From NCBI GenBank assembly GCA_937898875.1, contig CALDKM010000013.1, positions 1 to 51,236 on the forward strand: 51,236 nucleotides of DNA, written 5' to 3'. The notes below the pieces were generated by a model that was given only the letters and a program-made list of their open reading frames with translations, made no database searches and was not told where the DNA came from. The position numbers were made by a program, and so were the translations under genes. The stretch is from an uncultured Pseudomonadota bacterium (GTDB lineage: Bacteria; Pseudomonadota; Gammaproteobacteria; Burkholderiales; Casimicrobiaceae). Positions 40,847-50,170 of the stretch are shown piece by piece (position 1 is the stretch's first letter; each line of letters opens with the position of its first letter).

Positions 40847-41530
40847 CTATTCCGTTCGCGACACGATGCGGACGGCGATGTCGCCATGGTGGCGGAATCC
40901 CATTCGTGCATAGAGCGCACGCGCACGGTCGTTGCCTGCCATCACGTGCAGGAACGGCAGCTGGCCGCGAGCGAGCTGGCGCCGGACGAGCTTGTGCATC
41001 AGGCGCCGCGCGAGCCCCCGGCCTCGAAAATCCGGATGCGTGCACACACCGCTGATCTCCCTCAGCGTGCCCGCCGCCATCCGCTCGCCTGCCATCGCAG
41101 CCAGGCGCTCGCCCTCGAAGGCGCCCCAATACTCGCCGAGCTCGACGGTCCGCTCGCCGAACGGCCCGGGCTGCGTGAGCGCCACGAGCTCGAGCATCTT
41201 CGGCACGTGCTCGCGTCCGAGCCGTACCGCGGCGAGCGGGGCGTCGTCCTCGGGCGCGCCGCGCTCCCAGACCATCTGGTGCGCTGCCGTGTCGGCGTCG
41301 ACGTGCCAATCGGAGGGCGTCGGGCCGGACCACGCGGCGCAATAGAGATGCTCGCCGGACTCGCAGTACGGCGCGATCGCGGCGAAGTCGGGTCGCTGCG
41401 GATCCGCGAAGCCGACGATCGGCGAGAAGCCGCGCGCGTAGCGGCGCGCGGTGTCCGTGCCCTCCGCGTGCCTCGCCTGCGGTCCCGCCAGCGAATGCCA
41501 GACGACGTTGCCGAGGAGCGAAAGCGTCAT
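40847..41530 (-). CDS. GNAT N-acetyltransferase (FR47-like)
   Basis: TQPGPF, AMAGER, EISGVCTHPDFRGRGLA, FLHV..N..A..LY..GF. Confidence 0.9.
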   Translation of the reverse strand: MTLSLLGNVVWHSLAGPQARHAEGTDTARRYARGFSPIVGFADPQRPDFAAIAPYCESGEHLYCAAWSGPTPSDWHVDADTAAHQMVWERGAPEDDAPLAAVRLGREHVPKMLELVALTQPGPFGERTVELGEYWGAFEGERLAAMAGERMAAGTLREISGVCTHPDFRGRGLARRLMHKLVRRQLARGQLPFLHVMAGNDRARALYARMGFRHHGDIAVRIVSRTE

Positions 41531-42102
41531 CGCGACGTCGGCCCGCTCGCGAAGTCGATCCGGTAGCGCAATCCGGGCGCGCTTCCGAACTGGGGAGGCT
41601 TCGTGAACCGTTCGACGAGCACGCCCCCGTTCGACTCGATCACGCGCTGCGAGGCGACGTTGTCGGGGTCGGTCGTGATCTCGACGTAGGCGAGGCCCTC
41701 GGCGCGCGCGTCCGGCAGGAGCTGGCGCAGCGCCGACCTCGCGCAGCCCCGGTTACGCTTCCAGGGCACGACCGCGTATCCGATGTGGCCGAGGCAGTGC
41801 GGCGGCAGCGCCTCGGTGCCGCGCTGCCAGCGAAAGCCGACCGCGCCGCAGAACTCGCCGTCCCACATCCAGCGCCGGTAGCCGGGAAGCCGCGCGGCGG
41901 CCGAGCCGTCGGGGAGCGTCACCGGGCCGCCCTTCGCCTCGCGGTCGACGAGGCCCGCGAGGAAGCGTTCGCCGTCCTCGGCGATCCGTCCGAGCTCCTC
42001 GTCGGCGGCGGCCTTGCCGCGCACGTCGTCCGGCGACCAGCCGCGTTCGAGCGCGGCGACGTAGCCGGCGAGGTACTCGCGGGAGGGCCAGACGAGCTTC
42101 AC
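41527..42102 (-). CDS. GNAT N-acetyltransferase
   Basis: GHIGYAVVPWKRNRG, TDPDNVASQRVIESNGG. GTG start inferred. Confidence 0.88.
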   Translation of the reverse strand: MKLVWPSREYLAGYVAALERGWSPDDVRGKAAADEELGRIAEDGERFLAGLVDREAKGGPVTLPDGSAAARLPGYRRWMWDGEFCGAVGFRWQRGTEALPPHCLGHIGYAVVPWKRNRGCARSALRQLLPDARAEGLAYVEITTDPDNVASQRVIESNGGVLVERFTKPPQFGSAPGLRYRIDFASGPTSR

Positions 42103-42133
42103 AGGGCGAATGGTACCTGCCGACGCTCGCGGG

Positions 42134-42871
42134 TCACCGCGGGCCGGGCTTGCCCGACGCCGTTCCCTCGAGGATGGCCGTGAACGCGCGCACGCGCTTC
42201 GCGTTCGCGCCAAGGTCGCTCCTGCCCACGCGCGACACCGAGCGGACGTCGATGCGGCTTCCGCGCGCGGCCGGCGCGACGCGGATCACGACGTCGTCGC
42301 TGAAGCCGAACCACGGCGTCGTCGCCGTCGCCTCGATGCGTCCCGACGCCGGGTCGGACGCGACGATCGTCCATCCCATCGACCGCGCAGCGGCGAGCGC
42401 GGCGTCGAACGCGGCGGCCGGATCCTTCGCGACGACGATCGGCACGATGTCCGGGTACGCGGTGCGTTGAGCGCTCGCGGTCGCCTCGCCTGCGTAGCTC
42501 GCGGGCACGGGCGCCTTCGCGCGGAGCGGCAGGATCGCGACGAACACGGGCGGATCCGCCGTATCCGTCGAGATGTCGTTGATCGGGGGCAGCGCGCGCG
42601 CCTGCAGCAGCAGCGTGAGCGGGACCGCGGCGGCGGACGCGGCGAGCGCGAGCGCGACGACGAGTGCGCCGGGCCCGCGCGCCCGCAGCTTCGGGACGAG
42701 CAGCGCGACGAGCGAGATCGCCGCGAGCCCGAGCGCCGCGTAGGTGCCCCAGCGCAGGATCGTGAATCCGGCACGCCAGTCCCAGACGCCGAACCGCGCG
42801 CCGAAGCCCGACGCGACGATCGCCGCGGCGGCGAGGGCGGCGAGGAGGGCAGGCAGGCGCATCGCGTTCAT
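42134..42871 (-). CDS. DUF1499-domain membrane protein
   Basis: Three N-terminal TM helices. PINDISTD..PP, QRTAYPDI, WFGFSDDVVIRV, DVRSVSRVGRSDLGANAKR. Confidence 0.9.
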   Translation of the reverse strand: MNAMRLPALLAALAAAAIVASGFGARFGVWDWRAGFTILRWGTYAALGLAAISLVALLVPKLRARGPGALVVALALAASAAAVPLTLLLQARALPPINDISTDTADPPVFVAILPLRAKAPVPASYAGEATASAQRTAYPDIVPIVVAKDPAAAFDAALAAARSMGWTIVASDPASGRIEATATTPWFGFSDDVVIRVAPAARGSRIDVRSVSRVGRSDLGANAKRVRAFTAILEGTASGKPGPR

Positions 42872-42908
42872 CGGGCTCTCCTCGTCGCGGGGGGCGGGCA
42901 AACTTCGG

Positions 42909-43295
42909 TCAGCGTCCGGCGGATCCGCGGGCGAGCGCGTCCGCCGGCCGGTCCAGGCGATAGATGCGGGTCTCGCCGTGGTTCTTGGCGAGCCGCGTGC
43001 GGCCGACATATTCGAGCACGAAATCGCCCTGGCCGAGCGCCGCGAGCGTCGCGGCGCAGGCCTCGCTCGCGTAGACGCTTCCCGGCGGCGTCACCGGTCC
43101 CGTGCGCGCGATCGCCTCGTCGAAGGGCCGCACGCATTCCGGGCCGCCGAGCGCCACGCTCGCGCGGACGAAGTCGTCGCGGTCGAATGGCAGCACGAGG
43201 TCGACCTCCGCCCTTGCGCGGAGGGCGGCGTCGAGGAACAGAAGGCCGGCGCCGCCGGCCGCGGAGGCGTAGACGATGGGCGTCGCCGCGGGCGG
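42909..43295 (-). pseudogene. Internally deleted remnant of a multidomain class III adenylate/guanylate cyclase-like gene
   Basis: Open frame with no good start: YASAAGGAGLLFLDAAL..EVDLVLPFDRDDFVRASV joined directly to the cyclase C-terminus AR..PVTPPGSVYASE..EYVG..LAKNHG..YRL. In-frame TGA at 43296-43298. Confidence 0.6.
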
Positions 43296-43373
43296 TCAAA
43301 CGCGCACGGCGGGACGAAGCGCCGGCCTCGCCTGCCGCGGATCGATCCGCCGCAGGGGAGAACGTCCGGGCCG

Positions 43374-44564
43374 TCATGTCCCTGGCCGACCCTTCGCTCT
43401 CAGGCATTCGGCGTACGCCGCGACTATGCGGTCCACGTGGCGATCGATCGTCAACTCGGCGAGGGCACGCGATCGCGCGGCGTCGCCCAGGCGCTCCGCG
43501 TGTCCGTGGTCGCGGACGACGCCCTCCAGCGCTGCGGCAAGCGCTCCCGCATCGCCCGAGGGCACGAGTTCGCCCGTCTCGCCGGGCACGACCTGCTCGG
43601 CCAGGCCCCCGCCCGCGCTCGCCACGACCGCCGTCCCGCGCATCATCGCCTCGGCCGCGACGAGGCCGAACGGCTCTTCCCAGCGCGACGGCACCGCCTG
43701 CACCCACGCGGTGCCGAGCGCGCGCTCCATCTCGTCCTGGGCGAGGTGGCCGGCGAACTCGACCGCGTCGCGGATGCCGAGTTCGCGCGCGAGTCGCTCG
43801 AGCCCGATCCGCTCCGGGCCGTCCCCGGCGACGATCAGCCGCACCTCGGGCATGCGCTCGCGCAGGAGCGCGATCGCCCGCAGGAGCACGTCGACGCCCT
43901 TCTTGGGGACGAGCCGGCCCGCGAAGCCGACCACGGGCGTCGTCCCCAGCGGAGGGCGTGGCGGACGCATCGGCACGCCGTTGGGGATCGCCTCGTCGAC
44001 GCGGATGCCCTCGGCCCGCAGCCGCCGAGCCACCCATTCGCTGTTCGAGACGACGCGATCGAACACGTCGAGCGCGGTCAACCGACGCTGCACGAGCGCG
44101 CGCGCCACGCCCGGCCAGGACATGCAGCCCGCCGCGTGGCAGGCGATCCCCGCACGATGCCGGCAGGGCGTGCCGTCGGGCAGCGTCTTCGTGTTGATCG
44201 GGCAGACGAGGTTGTAGTTGATGACGTGGAGCAGGCTCGGGAACGGCCGCAGCAGCGGCAGGACCAGCGGCGACAGCTGCGTCAGGAACATCTTGACGTG
44301 CACGACGTCCGGCCGGAACTCGCGCAGCACGGTGCGCAGGCGCGCCGCCGCGTGCGGATTCGCCGCCTGCAATACGCGCCGCAACGGCGACACCGTGCCG
44401 AAGCACTGCTGGTCGGACACGAGCGGCAGCGGCAGCGGGAGCGCGGTGCTCGTGAACAGGATCGCCTCGTGGCTCCGGCGGCGCAGCGCGTCGCGCAGCG
44501 CCACGATCATCACTTCGGCGCCGCCGCTGAGCGTGCCGTAGTCGTGCAGCAGGAGAACCCGCAT
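43374..44564 (-). CDS. Glycosyltransferase family 4
   Basis: GGAE, FAGRLVPKKG, PSRWEEPFGLVAAEAM. Confidence 0.93.
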   Translation of the reverse strand: MRVLLLHDYGTLSGGAEVMIVALRDALRRRSHEAILFTSTALPLPLPLVSDQQCFGTVSPLRRVLQAANPHAAARLRTVLREFRPDVVHVKMFLTQLSPLVLPLLRPFPSLLHVINYNLVCPINTKTLPDGTPCRHRAGIACHAAGCMSWPGVARALVQRRLTALDVFDRVVSNSEWVARRLRAEGIRVDEAIPNGVPMRPPRPPLGTTPVVGFAGRLVPKKGVDVLLRAIALLRERMPEVRLIVAGDGPERIGLERLARELGIRDAVEFAGHLAQDEMERALGTAWVQAVPSRWEEPFGLVAAEAMMRGTAVVASAGGGLAEQVVPGETGELVPSGDAGALAAALEGVVRDHGHAERLGDAARSRALAELTIDRHVDRIVAAYAECLRAKGRPGT

Positions 44565-44572
44565 CGCGGCGG

Positions 44573-45550
44573 CTACGCCATGAAGCGCGCGCGGTCCGCG
44601 GCGTCGAGGTGCGGCTCGCGGTCCAGGTCGTAGAGGCCGGCCTTCACGGCGCTGCGGCCCGCGCCGAACGCGAAACCGGCGGCCTGGGCGACGGCGTCCA
44701 GCACCAGCGCGAGCGCGAGCAGCGGCGCGATGACCGGCATCTCCACGCGGGCGGGGTGCGCGCGCAGTCCCGGCCACATTGCGCGCAGCCGGAGCAGCGG
44801 AAAGGCCGGGCTCGCCGCCGCGTACAGCACTCTGCGCCCGCGCGACCATCCCTCGGCGCGCGCGCGCGTGTCGGCGGACGCGCGCCCCGAGTGGAACCGC
44901 AGTCGCAGCATCGAGCGCATCAGGGAAGGATTGAGGTGCCCCATGCGCGCGCCGGTCTCGCGAAAGAAGCGGTGGCCGTCGCGCCGGAGCGTGTCGAGGA
45001 GGCCGCCGTCGCGCGCGAGCGCGTCCGGGAGGCCGTCGCCGAAGGCCAGGAGCGCGTCGCGGCGGAAGGCCGAGTTGTTGCGCGGTATGCGCGCGACCTC
45101 GCCTCCCCTCGCCGTCTCGTCGTGCCGGCCGTAGGTCATCAGGTGCTCGACCCAGCTCGTCGCGGTGTCCGTGTTCGCGTTGGTGATGATGCTGCCGACG
45201 GCCGACCACGGCCCCTCGAACGCCCGCACGATCGCCGCGGCCCAGCCCGGATCCGGATACACGTGGTTCTCGAGGAGCGCGACGAGCGGGGCGGAGGCCA
45301 GGCGGATGCCGGGGACGAACGCGCGCTCCACTTCCTCGAACGGCCCGACGGCAAGGCAGCGCCACCGCGCGAATCCGGCCGTCTCGGAAGGCGCGAGATC
45401 GTCGAACGCACCCGCTTCCGGGCCGATGAGGATGACCTCGACGCGATCGGCGATCGTCTGCGCGCACAGGTGGCGCAGCGTCCGCCGCACGGTCCGGCCG
45501 CGACCGCTCGTCGCGACGAGTACGGTCAGCGCGGGCGCCGCGGCCGTCAC
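44573..45550 (-). CDS. Glycosyltransferase family 2 (ENH in place of DxD)
   Basis: LTVLVAT, VALLENHVYPDPGW, NNSAFRRDAL. GTG overlaps the upstream stop. Confidence 0.78.
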   Translation of the reverse strand: MTAAAPALTVLVATSGRGRTVRRTLRHLCAQTIADRVEVILIGPEAGAFDDLAPSETAGFARWRCLAVGPFEEVERAFVPGIRLASAPLVALLENHVYPDPGWAAAIVRAFEGPWSAVGSIITNANTDTATSWVEHLMTYGRHDETARGGEVARIPRNNSAFRRDALLAFGDGLPDALARDGGLLDTLRRDGHRFFRETGARMGHLNPSLMRSMLRLRFHSGRASADTRARAEGWSRGRRVLYAAASPAFPLLRLRAMWPGLRAHPARVEMPVIAPLLALALVLDAVAQAAGFAFGAGRSAVKAGLYDLDREPHLDAADRARFMA

Positions 45551-46437
45551 GTCTCCGCTCCGTCCTTGCGTCCCGATCGCGCACCCCGCGGCTCGCGCGG
45601 CGCTGCGGCGATCCATCCGCCGTGGTAGCAGGCCACGCCCGCGACCAGCAGCGCGAGCAGATAGGCGGACTCGCGCCACGACAGACCGGACGCGGCGACG
45701 GTGTCGCGGAAGATGCCAAGCCGCTCGCCGTTCGAGAGCGGCCTCGCGGGCACGATCGTCGAGTAGCGGCGCGCGCTCCTGCCGTAGAGAAAGGCCTTGC
45801 GGAAGTAGGCGGACGCCCGGTCGATCTCGAGGTGGTCGACCACCGCGTCTGGCTGGTAGCGCACCGCATCGACGCCCCAGCGGGCGAGCACCCGGTGCAC
45901 GAAGATGACGTCCGAGCCGCGCGCCCCCTCGTCGAACGCCCCGACGGCGTCGAACGCGTCGCGGCGGGCCGCCATGTTGTTCGTGTGGCCGTAGTAGACG
46001 GCGGGGTCCCGGCTCCCGAGCACGAAGACCTCCTTTCGATGGTCGTACTCGCCGAGGAGCCGCACCGCGGTCGTCTTTCCCGCGGGCAGGTCCCGGCCCA
46101 TCACCACCTGCACGGTCGGATCCGCCAGCGGCGAGGTCAATCGCCGCAGCCAGTTCGGCCGGGGGACGCAGTCGCCGTCCGTGAAGACGATCCATCGTCC
46201 CTGCGCGTGCGCGAGACCGCGGTTGCGGGCGGCGTACGCGCTCTGCCGCGGCTCGGCGAGCAGCCGGACCGACGCGCGGCGACGCGCGACCGCCGCCGTG
46301 GCGTCGGTCGAGTTGTTGTCGACGACGATGATCTCGCGCGAGTGCGTCGGCAGGTCCTGCCGCTCGAGGCCGTCGAGGCAGGCATCGAGGGTCCGCGAGG
46401 CGTTGAACACGGGCACGACGATCGAGACGTCGATCAT
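45547..46437 (-). CDS. Glycosyltransferase family 2
   Basis: SIVVPVFN, VVDNNSTD, AARNRG, FTDGDC. Confidence 0.93.
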   Translation of the reverse strand: MIDVSIVVPVFNASRTLDACLDGLERQDLPTHSREIIVVDNNSTDATAAVARRRASVRLLAEPRQSAYAARNRGLAHAQGRWIVFTDGDCVPRPNWLRRLTSPLADPTVQVVMGRDLPAGKTTAVRLLGEYDHRKEVFVLGSRDPAVYYGHTNNMAARRDAFDAVGAFDEGARGSDVIFVHRVLARWGVDAVRYQPDAVVDHLEIDRASAYFRKAFLYGRSARRYSTIVPARPLSNGERLGIFRDTVAASGLSWRESAYLLALLVAGVACYHGGWIAAAPREPRGARSGRKDGAET

Positions 46438-47480
46438 GGCGCGACCCGAACGCCTTCGCGCGCCGAGCGCTCGGCCGCGAGCACGACCGCGAGGCTCGCC
46501 ATCCCGTCGTCGAGGTCGGGCTTCGTCGGGCCGCCGCCGCGGGCCGCAGCGACGAACGCCCGCAGCGCGAGCGCGAACGTCGTGTCCCGCGGCGGAAACA
46601 GCGCGTCGCGAAGCGCGCGCGGTACCCCGCCGGCGACCCCCAGCGCCGACAGAAGACGCGCCGCCGTCCCGAAGTCCCGGTGTCCGGGCGACCGGTGCAG
46701 GCGCGACGAACGGTAGCGGTCGAACACCAGCCGGCCCCGCGTGCCATGGACCTCGATCCGGTCCTCCTCCGTCGCGGCGAGCGACGCGCACAGCGAGACG
46801 AGCGGTCCCGTCGAAAGCCGCAGCGCCGCGACGGCCGTGTCGCCGTCGCTTCGCGCGGACATCGAGAGCGCGCTCACGTCGACGATCTCGGCGTCGAACA
46901 GGAACCGCAGGAGATCGACCTGGTGACCCGCGAGGTCGAGCAGCGCGCCTCCCCCGGTTTCCCGGAGCCGCTTCCACTCCGGAAGCGCGCGCCGCGCGCC
47001 GGAGAAGCTCGTCCGCACCAGCGTCACGTCGCCCGCGCGGCCGCGCGCGACCTCGCTCTTCAACGCCAGCGCCAGCGGATGGAACCGGTGGTTGAATCCG
47101 ACCATCCCGGCGGTGCCGGCGCGCCGCCACGCATCCAGCATCGCGCGTCCTTCGTCCGCCGAGATCGCGAGCGGCTTCTCCACGTAGACGTGCAGCCCGC
47201 GCGCGAACCCGGCCACCGCCGCGTGCGCGTGCAGCGCCGGCGGCAGGCAGATCACGATCGCATCGAGAGGCTGCGCGTCGAGCAATTGGGCGAAGTCTGC
47301 GTGGCAGGCGGCGCCGGGCGCCAGCGCCCGGCATGCTTCGCGCGCTTCGGCCACCGGATCGGCGATCGCGGCGAGCGCGACGCCGGGCATCGAGGCGAGG
47401 ATCGGCAGGTGGAAGCGGCGCGCGATGCGCCCGGCGCCGAGCAGTCCGACGCGCAGGCGGCCCGCGCCCTCGTTCCGCAT
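46434..47480 (-). CDS. Gfo/Idh/MocA family oxidoreductase
   Basis: GAGRIA, HVYVEKP, GFNHRF, GGGALLDLAGHQVD. Confidence 0.93.
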   Translation of the reverse strand: MRNEGAGRLRVGLLGAGRIARRFHLPILASMPGVALAAIADPVAEAREACRALAPGAACHADFAQLLDAQPLDAIVICLPPALHAHAAVAGFARGLHVYVEKPLAISADEGRAMLDAWRRAGTAGMVGFNHRFHPLALALKSEVARGRAGDVTLVRTSFSGARRALPEWKRLRETGGGALLDLAGHQVDLLRFLFDAEIVDVSALSMSARSDGDTAVAALRLSTGPLVSLCASLAATEEDRIEVHGTRGRLVFDRYRSSRLHRSPGHRDFGTAARLLSALGVAGGVPRALRDALFPPRDTTFALALRAFVAAARGGGPTKPDLDDGMASLAVVLAAERSAREGVRVAP

Positions 47481-47544
47481 TACGTCCCGGGCAATCACGG
47501 CCTGTCCTTCGGAAGCGACTCCGACGGTGCTTCCGGGCCGCCGC

Positions 47545-48153
47545 TCAGGCCGCCGCGAACGCGCGGTCGATCTCGCGGCGCAGTTCGCCGTAGGTCCGCG
47601 TCACGGGGAACTGCGGGAATTCGCGGATCACGTTCTCGGGCGGATGGAACAGGATGCCGCCGTGCGCCTCGCCGAGCATCGCGGTGTCGTTGTAGCTGTC
47701 GCCCGCCGCGACGATCCTGAAGTTGAGCTCCTTCAGGCGTTTCACCGCTTCCCGCTTCTGGTCCGGCATCCGCAGCCGGTAATCCGCGATCATGCCGTCG
47801 CCGTCGACCACCAGCGAGTGGCAGAAGAGCGTCGGCGCTCCGAGCTGGCGCATGAGCGGGCGCGCGAACTCGTAGAACGTGTCCGACAGGATGATCACCT
47901 GGTAGTCGTTACGCAATGCGTCGAGGAAGTCGCGCGCGCCCGGCATCGGTCCCATGGCGCCGATCGCGTCCTGGATCGCGGCGATGCCGAGCCCGTGCTG
48001 CTTCAGGATCGCGAGCCGCGCCTTCATCAGCTTGTCGTAGTCGGGCTCGTCGCGGGTCGTGCGCCGGAGCTCGGGAATGCCGGTGCGCCGGGCGAATTCG
48101 ATCCAGATCTCCGGGACCAGGACGCCTTCGAGGTCGAGACAGACGATGCGCAT
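47545..48153 (-). CDS. thrH: Phosphoserine phosphatase / homoserine phosphotransferase ThrH
   Basis: CLDLEGVLVPEIW, TTRDEPDYD, LSDTFYEF, AGDSYND. Confidence 0.95.
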   Translation of the reverse strand: MRIVCLDLEGVLVPEIWIEFARRTGIPELRRTTRDEPDYDKLMKARLAILKQHGLGIAAIQDAIGAMGPMPGARDFLDALRNDYQVIILSDTFYEFARPLMRQLGAPTLFCHSLVVDGDGMIADYRLRMPDQKREAVKRLKELNFRIVAAGDSYNDTAMLGEAHGGILFHPPENVIREFPQFPVTRTYGELRREIDRAFAAA

Positions 48154-48242
48154 GCAGGTGCTCGCGGGAAGAGGTTCGCCGGGACGCGGCGGGGGGGCGC
48201 CGCGGCCGGCGGCAGCGGCGCGTCGGCTGCATCACCCGTCGG

Positions 48243-48264
48243 CTCGACCCGGCGCCGGGTCGAG
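48243..48264. repeat. Perfect 22-bp palindrome in the thrH upstream region
   Basis: ctcgacccggcgccgggtcgag. An extended -10 (TGgTAGAAT) lies on the minus strand at 48273-48281. Confidence 0.8.
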
Positions 48265-48437
48265 GTGGCGGCATTCTACCAACCGGGACGCCGTCGGCGC
48301 GGCGTGTGCGCGCGCGCCAGCCGGAGCGACCTCCGAGCGAAGATGCGGACCGGGCCTGCCGGGGCCGGAACCTCCTTCGACCCTCCGGGGCCCGCAACCC
48401 CCGCGAACGTCCTCGCGGGGCGACGCCCCGGGAAGCG

Positions 48438-49088
48438 CTACTGGTTTTCGAGCACGATCTCCTCGATCGTGTGCGCGGCCCGCTTGCAGTTGTAGAGGAC
48501 GTCTTCCTGTGCCGTGTAGAAGCGGCGCATCTTGATCGCGTGCCAGGCGGCCGCCTCGTCGCCCTCGACGGCGAAGAGCTTCGTGATCGCCTCGCGCATC
48601 GTGGCCGCGCCGCGGTCCTCGAGCTGCTCGATCTCGTGGCAGATCGCCGTGACCTCCGCCTGGCGCCTGCGGTCGGCGAGGACGATCACCGCGCGATGCA
48701 GGCGCTGGCAGGCGTCGGCGCCGAGCGACGCCATCACCCGCGCCTCGGACGTCGAGCTCCCGATGTGGTACATGCGAACCGCGTTCGCGACGCTCTGCAG
48801 CGTGTCGAGCACGCGATCGAGGTCCTTCATCAGCGTGTGCATCTGCTGGCGGTTGAGCGGCGTCGTGAACGACTCGTACAGAAGCCGGATGTACTGCGCC
48901 TTGATGTCGTCGGCGCTGTTCTCGTTGACGTTCACCTCGTCGATCAGCTTCGCGGGGTCCTGCACGGCGGGGGCGCCCAGCGCCGTCAGCAGCCGCATCG
49001 TGGCGGTCGCGCCGCCGACCAGCCGGTCCGTGTGCGAAGCGAGGAGCTGGAAGAACGTCCCGCGCTTCGGCATCACCTTGTCGAGCAT
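48438..49088 (-). CDS. DUF47 (PhoU-like) Pit accessory protein
   Basis: ENSADDI..LYESFTTPLNR..EDRG..WHAIK..C..AAHTIEEIVLEN. Confidence 0.9.
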   Translation of the reverse strand: MLDKVMPKRGTFFQLLASHTDRLVGGATATMRLLTALGAPAVQDPAKLIDEVNVNENSADDIKAQYIRLLYESFTTPLNRQQMHTLMKDLDRVLDTLQSVANAVRMYHIGSSTSEARVMASLGADACQRLHRAVIVLADRRRQAEVTAICHEIEQLEDRGAATMREAITKLFAVEGDEAAAWHAIKMRRFYTAQEDVLYNCKRAAHTIEEIVLENQ

Positions 49089-49104
49089 GGCGTGGGCCTC
49101 GCGC

Positions 49105-50118
49105 TCAGAGGAAGCTGCGTCCGAGGTACCAGAACAGCGCGGCGACGAGCCCCGCGGCCGGAATCGTCAGCACCCACGCGGCCACGAGATTGAACGTGAT
49201 GGCCCACCGCACCGCGCGCACGTCCTGCGCGGTTCCCACGCCGACGATCGAGCCGGTGATCGTGTGCGTGGTCGACACCGGGATGCCGCCGGCGGTGGCG
49301 AGCCCCAGGCTGATCGCCCCGCCCATCGACGCGCAGGAGCCGCTGACCGGCGTCAGGCGCGTGATCTTCGAGCCCATCGTCTTCACGATCCGCCAGCCGC
49401 CGAGATACGTGCCCCACGCGATCGCGCCGTAGCACGCGTAGACGACCCACATCGGCAGCGTGGCGACGTCCGTCGTCGAGACGCCGGCGGTGATCAGCAG
49501 CAGCCATATGATGCCGATCGTCTTCTGCGCGTCGTTGCCGCCGTGGCCGAGGCTGTAGGCGGCCGCTGCGAAGAGCTGGCCGAAGCGGAAGTAGCTGCCC
49601 GCCTGGTGCGGCGTCCGGTTCCGGAAGATCCACGCGACCGCCACCATCAGGAGTCCGCCTATCAGGAACCCGATCAGCGGCGAGATGACGATGAAGGCGA
49701 GGATCTTGCCGAAGCCGTTCCACACGATCGGCGCGAAGCCGCCGGCCTTGGCCACCGTCGCGCCCACGAGGCCCCCTATCAGCGCATGCGACGACGACGA
49801 CGGAATGCCGAAGTACCAGGTGACGACGTTCCACGCGAGCGCGCCCATCAGCGCGCCGAAGATCACGATGTGGTCGACGAACTGCGGGTCGACCGTCCCC
49901 TTGCCGATCGTCGCGGCGACCTTGAGCTGGAACACCCAGAGCGCGAGGAAGTTGAAGGCCGCCGCGAAGACCACCGCCTGCTTCGGCGTCAGGGCGCCGG
50001 TCGCGACGATCGTGCTGATCGAGTTCGCGCCGTCGTGGAACCCGTTCATGAAGTCGAACGCCAGCGCGACGGCGACGAGCAGCACGAGCGTCCAGAGGCT
50101 GATGGTCAGCTGTTCCAT
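49105..50118 (-). CDS. pit: Inorganic phosphate transporter (PiT family)
   Basis: NGFHDGAN, GIPSSSSHALIG, HGGNDAQK, GIPVSTTH. Confidence 0.95.
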   Translation of the reverse strand: MEQLTISLWTLVLLVAVALAFDFMNGFHDGANSISTIVATGALTPKQAVVFAAAFNFLALWVFQLKVAATIGKGTVDPQFVDHIVIFGALMGALAWNVVTWYFGIPSSSSHALIGGLVGATVAKAGGFAPIVWNGFGKILAFIVISPLIGFLIGGLLMVAVAWIFRNRTPHQAGSYFRFGQLFAAAAYSLGHGGNDAQKTIGIIWLLLITAGVSTTDVATLPMWVVYACYGAIAWGTYLGGWRIVKTMGSKITRLTPVSGSCASMGGAISLGLATAGGIPVSTTHTITGSIVGVGTAQDVRAVRWAITFNLVAAWVLTIPAAGLVAALFWYLGRSFL

Positions 50119-50170
50119 GGTCGTCGGGCCCGTCGGTGCCGCCCCCTCTCGGCCTGCCGCCGCGCGGTGC

